This document shows, in pieces, positions 50,884 through 60,542 of a stretch of DNA of 64,000 nucleotides. The notes under the pieces were generated by a model, which was not told the DNA's origin, searched no databases, and saw nothing but the letters and a program-made list of their open reading frames with translations. This DNA is from Verrucomicrobiales bacterium. Lineage in GTDB: Bacteria; Verrucomicrobiota; Verrucomicrobiia; Verrucomicrobiales; V1-33. The DNA lies in contig JANOAV010000189.1 in NCBI GenBank assembly GCA_031411295.1, positions 59,333 through 123,332 on the forward strand, written 5' to 3'. The translations under genes were made by a program, and so were the position numbers. Each line of letters begins with the position of its first letter. Position 1 is the stretch's first letter.

Positions 50884-51582
50884 ATGACTTTTTCCGAACT
50901 CAAAGACCAAGTCCTCGCTGCCAACCAACGTATCGCCACCGCTGGCTTGGCCAAGCTTACATGGGGCAATGTCAGTGGATTCGACCAGGCGAGTGGCCGC
51001 GTGGTGATTAAGCCCAGCGGCGTGCCTTACGAGCTGCTGCGGGATGATGATTTGGTGGTGCTGGATCTGGCGGGTAATGTGCTCGAAGGCGAGCTGCGAG
51101 CTTCCTCAGACACGCCGACGCATTTGGCAATCTACCGTGCGTTCCCGCAGATCAAAGGCATCTGCCACACTCACAGCACCTTCGCCACCGCCTTTGCCCA
51201 AGCGGGCAAGCCGATACCCTGCTATGGCACCACCCATGCAGATCATTTCTATGGGGAAGTGCCCGTCTGCCGCACCCTAACGTCCGCAGAGGTCGCTAAA
51301 GATTACGAAAGCATCACAGGCGATGCCATTGTGGCCTGCTTCCGCGAACTGAAATTGGATCCCCTGCAAATGCCCGCCGTGCTCCAAGCCTATCACGCTC
51401 CGTTCACTTGGGGGAAATCCCCCGCCGCCGCCGTGGATAACGCCGTGGCTCTGGAAATGTGCGCGCAAATGGCCCATCTCGCCACGACCCTAACGCCAAC
51501 TTTAGCGCCCCTGCCACAGCATTTGCTGGATAAACATTTCCTCCGCAAGCATGGCCCCGGGGCTTACTACGGTCAGAAGTAG
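50884..51582 (+). CDS. araD: L-ribulose-5-phosphate 4-epimerase
   Basis: TWGNVS, IKPSGVPY, SSDTPTH, HTHS, GTTHADHFYG, KHFLRKHG..AYYGQ. Confidence 0.93.
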   Translation: MTFSELKDQVLAANQRIATAGLAKLTWGNVSGFDQASGRVVIKPSGVPYELLRDDDLVVLDLAGNVLEGELRASSDTPTHLAIYRAFPQIKGICHTHSTFATAFAQAGKPIPCYGTTHADHFYGEVPVCRTLTSAEVAKDYESITGDAIVACFRELKLDPLQMPAVLQAYHAPFTWGKSPAAAVDNAVALEMCAQMAHLATTLTPTLAPLPQHLLDKHFLRKHGPGAYYGQK

Positions 51583-51669
51583 GGCTGTCGAAGCCTTAGC
51601 GGATCACAGTTGGAGTTCGGCCTTCAGGCGCCTTCAGGCCGCCAACGCCCAACATCACCTAAATCCGCC

Positions 51670-51761
51670 ATAGTCCAGGGCTTCAGCCCGTCGAATTCTC
51701 CTCGTGAATCAGACGCCTAAATCCGCCCGGGACATGCCTGCGGGCTAAAGCCCATCACTAC
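51670..51761. repeat. REP/REPIN-like inverted palindrome pair
   Basis: GGGCTTCAGCCC (51678-51689) and GGGCTAAAGCCC (51742-51753) followed by CTAC; related GGGCTGAAGCCC at 10113-10124. Confidence 0.5.
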
Positions 51762-51908
51762 TTAAAGCCGCCTTCAGGCGGTTCCCAAAGCCGAACCCAC
51801 AACAGCGTAGCGGGAGCGTCCTCACAAAATCATTGTTTAGGGGAGCCCTCGTCCCCAGTATGCGCGGCCTCTCCACTGCCAGGGCGCTCCCTCTTCAATG
51901 TTAACACG

Positions 51909-52351
51909 CTAATCCTCCACCCCGATGTCCTCATTCCACAACGTGGGGTGCTGGGAAATGAAGTCTTTCATGAGTTGAATGCACGTGGGATCCTGTAGGA
52001 TGGTGACTTCCACCCCTTGGGATTTCACATAGGACTCCGGCCCTTGGAAGGTCACATTTTCCCCCACGATGATGCGGGGAATTTTGTAAAGTAAGGCGGC
52101 TCCAGAGCACATGGGACAAGGCGAGAGGGTGGAGTAGAGAGTGCACTTGGCGTAAACGTCAGCGGTCAGTCGCCCGGCGTTTTCCAGACAATTCATTTCT
52201 GCATGATGAATCACACTGCTGTGCTGCACCCGTTGGTTGTGGCCCCGGCCGATGATCTTTCCATCGCACACTAACACGGAGCCAATCGGGATGCCCCACT
52301 GGCAAGTCCCTTCTGAGCTTCTTCGAGGGCGGCTTGGAGAAATGGATCCAT
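51909..52351 (-). CDS. Cytosine/nucleoside deaminase (yeast Fcy1-like) with an apparent 1-nt homopolymer frameshift near 52295
   Basis: MDPFLQAALEEAQKGLAS joins GGIPIGSVLV if one G is added; HAE and PCPMC Zn motifs. Confidence 0.85.
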
Positions 52352-52354
52352 AAG

Positions 52355-53428
52355 TTAGGCAGGGACTGTTTCCACGGGTTGGAGTTGAGGAATCAGAGCG
52401 GGGATGATGTCATTTACGTCGCTGACAACGATGCATGAATCACCACGTCCATAGCTTTCCAAAAGGGTTACCAAGGAATCCCAGAAGCCCGTGCCGTCGG
52501 GCATGGGGCGATTAAAGATCACGATGGGTTTGTTGTGCATCATGGGATCATTTTGACTGCGGAAGATGAGCAAAGCCAGCAGTTCCTGCATGGTCCCAGA
52601 ACCTCCCGGCATGATCACGAAGGCATCGGAATTCTCGATCATGATTTCCATGCGGGTGTAAATGTCCGGCTTGAGCCAGAACGTGGAGAGCCCCTCCGGC
52701 AAGCCTTCCAGCTCGATGATGTGGGGCACGTTGGAACCTGCAGTCCAACCGCCGGCTTCCACACTGCCTTGAACCACCGTGCCCATGATCCCGGATTTCC
52801 CAGCTCCAGAAACGCACCCGAGTTGGTTCTCAGCTAGTAATCTACCGAGATCATGGCCATCTTTAAGATAACTTTCTTCCTCAATGGATGCGGAGCAGAA
52901 GACACAAACATTTCCGATGAGTTCAGGTGGCTTCGGTGTGGAGAACTCTTGCGCTTTCATGGTGAAGTGGCGCTCCCGCCCGGCATCTGGGGGCGGTTGC
53001 TCGGCCGCCTTTTTTAGCAACGGGAGCACTTCGGAAGAGGAGTCGGCTGAGAGCAGAAACTCTTGATGATTCTGCTTAATCGTCCCCTGACGTTGCAATT
53101 GAAAGAGCACCTTGAAAAACCCATCCCACGAATCATCACCATTGAGAATAATCGTCGGCTTGGAGCGCAAGTTAGGGTCCAGGGTTTGATAGCCCACAAA
53201 GACCGAGATGGCCTTGAACATGTCCTCCAAAGTGGGCTGCGGCGTAAAGAGAAACGCCTGGGACTCAATGATCTTACTTTCAATATTTCCTAACGTGATT
53301 CGTTGATCCCCGTTGGAGTTGAAAATATTCCAGCCCGCGCGAAAAAGCAGACCGAGGAGGTCGGCGCGCAGTTCACGGGCGGGATCTTGATCGCTGAGAA
53401 CGGTTCCAGAGAGTCGAATAATGGGCAT
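52355..53428 (-). CDS. LOG-family protein with extra N-terminal LOG-like domain
   Basis: VCVFCSAS, SGAGKSGIMG, PGGSGTMQE, KPIVIFN...GFWD. Confidence 0.8.
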   Translation of the reverse strand: MPIIRLSGTVLSDQDPARELRADLLGLLFRAGWNIFNSNGDQRITLGNIESKIIESQAFLFTPQPTLEDMFKAISVFVGYQTLDPNLRSKPTIILNGDDSWDGFFKVLFQLQRQGTIKQNHQEFLLSADSSSEVLPLLKKAAEQPPPDAGRERHFTMKAQEFSTPKPPELIGNVCVFCSASIEEESYLKDGHDLGRLLAENQLGCVSGAGKSGIMGTVVQGSVEAGGWTAGSNVPHIIELEGLPEGLSTFWLKPDIYTRMEIMIENSDAFVIMPGGSGTMQELLALLIFRSQNDPMMHNKPIVIFNRPMPDGTGFWDSLVTLLESYGRGDSCIVVSDVNDIIPALIPQLQPVETVPA

Positions 53429-53511
53429 GGGACGGGGGGATTTAAAGGGAAAGGTGCGTAGGATACGTCAGTAAAGCTAAATGGAAAGCGTTGCTTTAGT
53501 TCTAGTATGCT

Positions 53512-53527
53512 TGGCAAGATTCGTGCT
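53512..53527 (+). promoter_or_regulatory. Putative sigma54 (-24/-12) promoter of preA-mmsA-hydA
   Basis: TGGCAAGATTCGTGCT with exact GG-N10-GC spacing, 52 nt before the preA start. Confidence 0.5.
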
Positions 53528-53579
53528 AAAGTATGTCTGCTTAAACTCATTCCTCAAACAAATTTAACGACACTTCCGC

Positions 53580-54695
53580 ATGGCTACCCTGAAAACAACC
53601 GTCGATGGCCTCGTATTCGACAACCCTTTCGTGATCGGCTCCGGGCCGCCCGGGACGAATCTGCAAGTGATCTTGCGCGCTTTTAAGGAAGGCTGGGGCG
53701 GAGTCATCGCCAAGACGGTCAGCCTGGATTCCTCCAAGGTGATCAATGTCAGCCCGCGTTATGCCAAGCTGAAATCGGCCGACCAAAAGGAGGTCATCGG
53801 CTGGGAAAACATTGAGCTGATCAGCGACCGCCCGTTCGACAAGTGGCTGGAGGAGTTCAAACAAATCAAGGACGCCTATCCTGAGGGTATTTTGATCGCG
53901 TCGATCATGGAGGAATATATCAAGGACGGTTGGTGCGAGATCACCGAGCGTTGCCAGGACGCGGGCGTGGATGCGTTTGAACTTAATTTCTCCTGTCCGC
54001 ACGGTCTGCCGGAACGGAAAATGGGGGCAGCCATGGGGCAGGATCCGGACATCCTGCGCGAGGTCTGCGGCTGGGTGAATGCTGTTTCGAAAATCCCAGT
54101 CTGGGCCAAGATGACGCCGAACATCACGCACATCGAAGACCCGTCGCGTGCTTCTTTGCTGGGTGGTTGCGAGGGCATCAGCGCCATCAACACCATCCGC
54201 TCCGTCATGGGTGTGGACTTGGAAACGCTGCGCCCGGAACCAACCGTGGAGGGTTACTCAACGCCCGGCGGTTACTCCAGCAAGGCCGTGAAGCCGATTG
54301 CCCTGCGCATGGTCATGGAAGTTGCCCAGATGATTCGCAAGGAATTCCCCGGACGTTCCCTCTCGGCTATTGGCGGCGTGGAAACGGGTCGCGATGCTGC
54401 ACAGTTCATCCTGCTGGGTGGCGATACCATTCAAGTCTGCACGGGAGTGATGAAATTTGGCTATCCCATGGTGAAACAATTGTGTGAGGAACTGCTGGAA
54501 TTCATGGAGGGCAAGGGTTTCGAGACGCTGTCGGATTTCAAAGGCCACAGCCTCGATTATTTCACCACCCATGCCGAACTGGTGCGCATGCAGGCGGAGC
54601 GCAAGGAAGCCGCCAAGGCTAAACTGGTGGCCAAGGATGGCGACTGGGATGGCGATGATTTTGTGAAGCAATCCAACGATCTGGCTACGAACTAA
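53580..54695 (+). CDS. preA: Dihydropyrimidine dehydrogenase FMN subunit, without C-terminal Fe-S domain
   Basis: NPFVIGSGPP, GWENIELIS, ELNFSCPHG, KMTPNIT, SAINTI, GGYS..AVKPIAL, QVCT. Confidence 0.9.
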   Translation: MATLKTTVDGLVFDNPFVIGSGPPGTNLQVILRAFKEGWGGVIAKTVSLDSSKVINVSPRYAKLKSADQKEVIGWENIELISDRPFDKWLEEFKQIKDAYPEGILIASIMEEYIKDGWCEITERCQDAGVDAFELNFSCPHGLPERKMGAAMGQDPDILREVCGWVNAVSKIPVWAKMTPNITHIEDPSRASLLGGCEGISAINTIRSVMGVDLETLRPEPTVEGYSTPGGYSSKAVKPIALRMVMEVAQMIRKEFPGRSLSAIGGVETGRDAAQFILLGGDTIQVCTGVMKFGYPMVKQLCEELLEFMEGKGFETLSDFKGHSLDYFTTHAELVRMQAERKEAAKAKLVAKDGDWDGDDFVKQSNDLATN

Positions 54696-54696
54696 C

Positions 54697-56181
54697 ATGG
54701 AAACTCTCCCTAACTTAATCGGTGGCCAATGGACGCTGTCGTCGGCTACCGAAATGGTGCCTGTCATGAATCCATCGCGTGGCGAACAAATCGCAGATGT
54801 TCCCATGTCATCGGCGGCGGAGCTGGATTCCGCCGTGCAGGCTGCGTTGAAGGCGTTTCCTGACTGGTCGGAAACGCCCCCGAACGAACGAGCGCAGGTG
54901 CTCTTTCGTCTGAAAGGGTTGCTGGAGGCTGAATTCGAGGCGCTCGCCCGTGGGATTTCCCGTGAGCATGGGAAAACGTTAGTCGAAGCCAAGGGTGATC
55001 TGCGTCGTGGCATTGAAGTGGTCGAATATGCCTGCGGAGCGCCTACGCTGCTGATGGGAGAAAGCCTGCAGAACATCGCTCGGGGGATTGACTGTCACAC
55101 GGATCGCGTGGCGCTTGGGGTGGTGGCTGGCATTTGCCCGTTCAATTTCCCTGCACTCGTGCCCATGTGGATGTGGCCAGTGGCGATTGCGTGCGGCAAT
55201 TGTTTCATCCTGAAACCGTCTGAAAAAGTGCCGATGACGATGCAACGGATCGCGGAGTTGATGCGCATGGCCGGCCTGCCGGATGGCGTGTTTTCCATTG
55301 TCCACGGCGGACGGGAGGTGGTCGATGCCATTCTGGAACATCCGGACATCAAAGCGATTTCCTTTGTCGGATCGACGGCGGTGGCGGAGCAAATTTATCG
55401 CAAAGGCTGCCTACATGGCAAACGGGTGCAGTCGGCGGGTGGAGCGAAAAATTTCCTCGTCATCCTGCCTGATGCAGATCCTGAGGCGACCGCTACCGCC
55501 CTGCGCGACAGTGCCTTTGGCTGTGCCGGAGAACGCTGCATGGCGGGCTCTGTGGCCGTTTGTGTTGGCGAAGCAGGGAAACGAATTCTGCCCGGACTGG
55601 TGGACATCATCAGCAGCATGAAAGTCGGCCCCACCGACATCGAAAGCCAGCCGGACATGGGCGCGCTGATCACAGCAGCGCATCGGGACCGGGTGAACGA
55701 ACTCATTTCGCTGGGCGAATCCAAAGGCGGCAAGGTGCTCACGGATGGCCGCGGAACCTCGGTGGCAGAAGCCCCCGGCGGCTTCTATGTGCGGCCCACG
55801 ATCATCGATGAAGTGGACTACTCGAACGACATTTCCACCACGGAAATTTTCGGCCCGGTGCTCAGCGTCATGCGCACCAAAACATTGGATGAGGCCATCG
55901 CAGCTGCGAATCGGCAATCCTACGGCAATGGTGCCTGCGTCTTCACCACGTCCGGCAAGGCTGCGCGCGAGTTCCGGCATCGGGTCTCTGCGGGCATGGT
56001 GGGCGTGAATGTCGGTGTCCCGGCCCCCATGGCGTATTTTCCATTCACCGGCTGGAACCAAAGTTTCTTTGGCGACCTCCACATGCAGGGCAAGGAGGGC
56101 GTGCAATTTTACACCAAGCAGAAAACGACGACCACGCGCTGGTTCAGTTTTGGCGAAGGTGATATTTGGGTGAACAAATAA
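54697..56181 (+). CDS. mmsA: CoA-acylating (methyl)malonate-semialdehyde dehydrogenase
   Basis: PFNFP, LKPSE, SFVGST, AFGCAGERCMA, EIFGPV, VGVNVGVPAP. Confidence 0.93.
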   Translation: METLPNLIGGQWTLSSATEMVPVMNPSRGEQIADVPMSSAAELDSAVQAALKAFPDWSETPPNERAQVLFRLKGLLEAEFEALARGISREHGKTLVEAKGDLRRGIEVVEYACGAPTLLMGESLQNIARGIDCHTDRVALGVVAGICPFNFPALVPMWMWPVAIACGNCFILKPSEKVPMTMQRIAELMRMAGLPDGVFSIVHGGREVVDAILEHPDIKAISFVGSTAVAEQIYRKGCLHGKRVQSAGGAKNFLVILPDADPEATATALRDSAFGCAGERCMAGSVAVCVGEAGKRILPGLVDIISSMKVGPTDIESQPDMGALITAAHRDRVNELISLGESKGGKVLTDGRGTSVAEAPGGFYVRPTIIDEVDYSNDISTTEIFGPVLSVMRTKTLDEAIAAANRQSYGNGACVFTTSGKAAREFRHRVSAGMVGVNVGVPAPMAYFPFTGWNQSFFGDLHMQGKEGVQFYTKQKTTTTRWFSFGEGDIWVNK

Positions 56182-56185
56182 ATTT

Positions 56186-57622
56186 ATGAGTCTGCTGATC
56201 AGAAACGGAACGATCGTCACGGCTGACAAAACCTTTGTCGGAGACGTGTTGTGTGAGGGGGAAACGATCACGGGCATCGGCGTGGGCATTCAAGCCCCTG
56301 CCGGAGCTGAAGTGATCGACGCTACCGGAAAGTATGTTTTCCCGGGCTTCGTCGATCCTCACGTGCACATCTACTTGCCGTTCATGGGCACGTTTGCCAA
56401 GGACGACTACGAGACTGCCAGCAAGGCTGCGCTGGTCGGCGGAACCACCACGCTCATTGAAATGTGCTGCCCGGCCCGCAGTGAAGATCCGCTGGAAGCG
56501 CTGGCGCTCTGGAAGAGCAAAGCTGCCGGGTTATCCGCCTGCGACTACACGTTCCATCTGGGCATCACGAAATTTGATGAGACCACTGCCGCCAAACTGA
56601 AAGCCGCCGTGGAAGTCGAGGGCATTCCTTCCTTCAAAGTCTTCCTCGCCTACAAAGGCGCGTTTGGGATCGACGACCACGAACTCTATCAAACCCTGAA
56701 AACCGCCAAGGAATTGGGAGCCATCGTCACCGCGCATTGTGAAAACGCGGACCTCGTTTCCGAGCTGCAAGCCAAGCTGGTGGCCGAAGGCAAGGTCGGT
56801 CCCGAGTGGCACGAGCCCTCGCGTCCGGTGCAGGTGGAGGCCGAAGGATGCAGCCACTTGATGACGTTTGCCGAGCTGACGGGAGCGCACGTTTATGTCG
56901 TCCACACCTCCTGCGCAGAAGCCGTGGCCGTGCTGAAGGCGGCAAAGAATCGTGGCGTCAACGTCTGGATCGAAACCGTGATCCCTTACCTCGTGCTGGA
57001 CAAAACGTATGCCGAACGCCCCGATTTCGAGGGTGCCAAATACGTCATGAGCCCGCCCATCCGCGACATCAAAAACCAGCCCGTGCTCTGGGCTGGCTTG
57101 GCCGATGGCACCATCTCCACCGTGGCCACCGACCACGCTCCGTTCGATTTCCAAACCCAAAAGCACATGGGCCACCCCGATGCCACCAAGGCCCTGAACG
57201 CTGACTTCTCGCCCAAAGGATCGCCCGCCAATTTCACCACCATCCCCAACGGCATCCCCAGCGTCGAAGAACGCGTCAACCTGCTCTACACCGAAGGCGT
57301 CACGACCGGAAAAATCAACCTCCAAACCTTCGTCAGCACCGCCAGCACCGCCGCCGCCAAGCTCTTCGGCCTCTATCCCCGCAAAGGAGAAATCGCCCTC
57401 GGCAGCGATGCCGACCTAGTCATCTACGACCCCGACTACCGCGGCACCATCTCCGTAAAAACCCAACTGATGAACACCGACTACTCCGGCTTCGAAGGCC
57501 GCCAACTCCAAGGCCGCCCCAGCCTAGTCACGGTCCGTGGCCAAGTGGCCGTGCGCGATGGAGCATTCGTCGGCAGGCTGGGCCACGGGAAATTCCTGCA
57601 CCGGGAACCGACGCATTTTTAA
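56186..57622 (+). CDS. hydA: Dihydropyrimidinase
   Basis: PGFVDPHVH, SFKVFLAYK, HCEN, VVHTS, MSPP, ATDHAPF. Confidence 0.93.
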   Translation: MSLLIRNGTIVTADKTFVGDVLCEGETITGIGVGIQAPAGAEVIDATGKYVFPGFVDPHVHIYLPFMGTFAKDDYETASKAALVGGTTTLIEMCCPARSEDPLEALALWKSKAAGLSACDYTFHLGITKFDETTAAKLKAAVEVEGIPSFKVFLAYKGAFGIDDHELYQTLKTAKELGAIVTAHCENADLVSELQAKLVAEGKVGPEWHEPSRPVQVEAEGCSHLMTFAELTGAHVYVVHTSCAEAVAVLKAAKNRGVNVWIETVIPYLVLDKTYAERPDFEGAKYVMSPPIRDIKNQPVLWAGLADGTISTVATDHAPFDFQTQKHMGHPDATKALNADFSPKGSPANFTTIPNGIPSVEERVNLLYTEGVTTGKINLQTFVSTASTAAAKLFGLYPRKGEIALGSDADLVIYDPDYRGTISVKTQLMNTDYSGFEGRQLQGRPSLVTVRGQVAVRDGAFVGRLGHGKFLHREPTHF

Positions 57623-57790
57623 GCCGAAACCTGAAAAACGGGCGCGCAGGAATATTACCAGGCAGAGCAGGGGCTGACCAAGAGGAAATCGATTCAAAAC
57701 GATTAATTAACACCCAAAAATACCTCTTGAATTCCAAAACGCATCCATTACGGTTCCATGTGCCAATTAGTTCCTAAACCAGTATTCCTC

Positions 57791-58030
57791 ATGACCCTGA
57801 CCTTGAAGAACGTGTCTCCCCGCCTCCACCGGCTCCTCAAAAGCCAGGCGCAGCAGCACAAGCGATCATTGAACCAAGAGGCTATTCTCTGCTTGGAAAT
57901 AGCAGTGAATGCTGCTGCCTCGCGCCCCTCGTTGGGATCGCCACCAGATCCCGTTTCCGTAGGTGCCATCCTCCGCCCTTGGACTAGCCGCGCGGACATG
58001 CTGGATGATTTCCTGGAACGCGAATCCTAA
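57791..58030 (+). CDS. FitA-like ribbon-helix-helix antitoxin
   Basis: MTLTLKNVSPRLHRLLKSQAQQHKRSLNQE; directly upstream of a PIN gene. Confidence 0.8.
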   Translation: MTLTLKNVSPRLHRLLKSQAQQHKRSLNQEAILCLEIAVNAAASRPSLGSPPDPVSVGAILRPWTSRADMLDDFLERES

Positions 58031-58031
58031 G

Positions 58032-58457
58032 ATGATTGGGATTGATACCAGTTTCCTGGTTGCTTGGGCCATCCCTGAGCACCCGGATCATGCTGCTTGC
58101 CGCACGCTCGCACTGCAATCTACCAACGCGGGCCGCACCTTCGGTCTTACCCAGGGGATTCTCGCTGAGTTTGTCCATGTCGCCACCGATCCCCGTCGTT
58201 TTTCCCAACCGCTCACCATTGACGTTGCCATCCACTTTGCGGACTTTTGGTCCCAGGCTGCCGAAGTCCGCCTCCTGCCGCAAGACCAAGCTGTCAGCCA
58301 ACAGTGGCTCACGTGGATGACCCAACACCAACTGGGACGAAAACGCCTCCTCGATACCCTCATCGCAGCCACTTGGTATTGTTCCGGCATCACCGAAATC
58401 TATACCCTCAACCCAGCCGACTTTAAGATTTTCAACACCTTCACCGCCTTGCCTTAA
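58032..58457 (+). CDS. VapC-like PIN-domain toxin
   Basis: IDTSFLV, ILAEF, LLDTLIAAT, TLNPADF. Confidence 0.88.
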   Translation: MIGIDTSFLVAWAIPEHPDHAACRTLALQSTNAGRTFGLTQGILAEFVHVATDPRRFSQPLTIDVAIHFADFWSQAAEVRLLPQDQAVSQQWLTWMTQHQLGRKRLLDTLIAATWYCSGITEIYTLNPADFKIFNTFTALP

Positions 58458-58470
58458 TTTGCTTCATAAA

Positions 58471-58561
58471 GGTCCGTGGCCAAGTGGCCGTGCGCGACGG
58501 CACCTTCGTCGGCACGCTGGGCCACGGGGAACTCCTGCACCGGGAGCCGACCCATTTTTGA
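58471..58561 (+). repeat. Diverged copy of the last 30 codons of hydA
   Basis: 81/91 nt identical to 57532-57622, first 27 nt identical; VRGQVAVRDGTFVGTLGHGELLHREPTHF*. Confidence 0.92.
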
Positions 58562-58576
58562 TCTGTAAGTGGTCAA

Positions 58577-59161
58577 TTACTCCGAGCCCTGCTCCAATTC
58601 CGCAGCACTACGATACACCCGCCTCAGTGGCGTGGAGAATCCAATCGATGGAATCTCCAGCATGCCCGTCACGATCACCTCCTGCTCCCAGTTGTTGGCG
58701 CGGCGGTGGATGTAAGCCTTGGGTTCATTTGGGTCCTGTGATAGGACGATGTATTCTTGAAGGCTTTCGATGCTCCTATAAATCAGGAATTTCTCCACGA
58801 GATCGCGTTTTCCATCTTCAGAAAGAATCTCGATCAACACCGTTGGCTTCTCCCGATAATACCGATGGTTGTCCTTCGGGTCGCAAGCTACCATGAGGTC
58901 TGGATAGAAGAAGTTCTCCATGTGGTTGATCTTGCAGCGCAGCTTCAGATCAGATTTTGAGACACGACATTTTTTGCCTTCGAGATGGCGGTATAAGTCT
59001 GCTGCCAGGGTCATGGCAATCTCTTCGTGATTCGCACTGGCTCCAGTCGTGGCAAACACCTGACCTCCAGCGTATTCATGCCGGACCTCGGAAAGCAGTT
59101 CTCCCTCCAGATATTCCTGCGGAGTGATGTAAGGCGCATCTCTAAATGCTCGTAATCCCAT
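58577..59161 (-). CDS. Uma2-family (DUF820) PD-(D/E)xK endonuclease-like protein
   Basis: EYLEGE...RHEY, YPDLMVACD, PTVLIEILS, SLQEYIVLSQD. Confidence 0.88.
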   Translation of the reverse strand: MGLRAFRDAPYITPQEYLEGELLSEVRHEYAGGQVFATTGASANHEEIAMTLAADLYRHLEGKKCRVSKSDLKLRCKINHMENFFYPDLMVACDPKDNHRYYREKPTVLIEILSEDGKRDLVEKFLIYRSIESLQEYIVLSQDPNEPKAYIHRRANNWEQEVIVTGMLEIPSIGFSTPLRRVYRSAAELEQGSE

Positions 59162-59283
59162 GCGGAGATCGTTGTCGGAATTTGCACTGCCGCAAGGCAT
59201 TTGCCAGACATCCCCTCGCACGGCAGTCCCCATAGGCAAAGCGGTGCAGGTGGTCGTCGGTTGGGTGGCAGGGACGTTTGATT

Positions 59284-60534
59284 CTATCGATTCGGAATCC
59301 AGTGCATGATCTTCGAGGCCAGGCGGTCGAAGGCGATGAGGGCTTGTTCGAGGTGGTCTTCCTTGGTGTCTTCGATCTTGTTGTGGCTGATGCCGTGGAG
59401 GCTTTGGACGAACATCATGATGGTGGGGATGCCGGACATGGCGACTTCGGCGGCGTCGTGGAGGGGGCCGGAGGGGAGGCGGTGGGTGGTGTTGGTGGTT
59501 TCGAGGATGGCTTGGTCGCAGAGGGCGATGAGCTCGGGGTGGAAGGGAGCGGGGGCGATGTGCCAGCGGCGTTGCCAGGTGACGGTGGCGCCGGCTTCGG
59601 TGGCGAAGCGGTGGCTGGCATCTTTTGCCTGCTGAAGCATGCGAGCGAGGGCGGCGGGATCGAGGTGGCGTTGGTCGAGGGTGATTTCGCAATCTTCGAC
59701 GACGCTGGTGACGATGCCGGGCCGGGTTTTGCAGGAACCGATGGTGCAGACGCCACCCTCGCGATCGGTGATGGCATAGGCTTCGGGGGCCATGCGGGCG
59801 GCGGCCAGGTAGGCGTCCTTGCGGCGGTTCATCGGGGTGCTACCGGAGTGCGCGGCTTGACCATGGAAATGGATGGCATGGCGTTCCACGCCAAAGGTCC
59901 CTAGCACGGTGCCGAGCGGGAGATCGAGGTCGAGCAGGACGGGGCCTTGCTCGATGTGCAGTTCTTGATAGGCGGCAACGTCGGTGAGTTCGATGCCGCA
60001 GGATTTGACGTTGGCAAGATCGATGCCTTCGGCGCGCAGGGCGTCGCCCAGGGTGATGCCGTCTTTGTCTTTCAAGGCGGCGGCTTCATCAAGGTCGAGG
60101 TTTCCCGAGCAGGCGGAGGAGCCGAAGAGGCTTTTGCCAAAGCGCGCACCTTCTTCATCGGCCCAATCCACGAGTCGGACGGTAACTGGAGGGCGGTCGG
60201 GATACGTGGCGGCAACGCGGCGGAGGATAGCGAGTCCGGCCAGGGTGCCGAGGCAGCCGTCGAGCCAGCCACCATTTGGCACCGAGTCGATGTGACCGCC
60301 GATGACGAGCGCTCGGTCCGACTGGCCCTGGAGGGTCGCCCAGAGATTGCCGGCTTGGTCGCGATGGGTTTCGACGCCAGGGATGGCATCAAGCTTTGCG
60401 AGCAGCCACGCTCTGGCGGTGCGCCATGTGGGCGTGAAGGCGACACGCTGGGCACCGTTCTCGTCCTGAGTGAGTGCCCGGAGTTCTTTGAGTTCAGCAA
60501 TGGTGACGCGGGGATCGAGCAAAGGCGGTTGCAT
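59284..60534 (-). CDS. M20 hydantoinase/carbamoylase-family amidase (probable beta-ureidopropionase)
   Basis: GGHIDSVPNGGWLDG, DEEGARF, ELHIEQGP, HSGSTPM, SGPLHDA, GISHN..E. Confidence 0.88.
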   Translation of the reverse strand: MQPPLLDPRVTIAELKELRALTQDENGAQRVAFTPTWRTARAWLLAKLDAIPGVETHRDQAGNLWATLQGQSDRALVIGGHIDSVPNGGWLDGCLGTLAGLAILRRVAATYPDRPPVTVRLVDWADEEGARFGKSLFGSSACSGNLDLDEAAALKDKDGITLGDALRAEGIDLANVKSCGIELTDVAAYQELHIEQGPVLLDLDLPLGTVLGTFGVERHAIHFHGQAAHSGSTPMNRRKDAYLAAARMAPEAYAITDREGGVCTIGSCKTRPGIVTSVVEDCEITLDQRHLDPAALARMLQQAKDASHRFATEAGATVTWQRRWHIAPAPFHPELIALCDQAILETTNTTHRLPSGPLHDAAEVAMSGIPTIMMFVQSLHGISHNKIEDTKEDHLEQALIAFDRLASKIMHWIPNR

Positions 60535-60542
60535 GGCGGTGG

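Noticed and set aside
57532..58561. Diversity-generating retroelement (TR/VR) explanation for the hydA and phoD end duplicates
   Set aside because: Mismatches are not adenine-specific in either copy and there is no reverse transcriptase in the window
59162..59692. Pro/Arg-rich N-terminal extension of the 371-aa ORF 58577-59692
   Set aside because: It is an alternative frame of the M20 amidase gene; the Uma2 domain begins at the ATG at 59161
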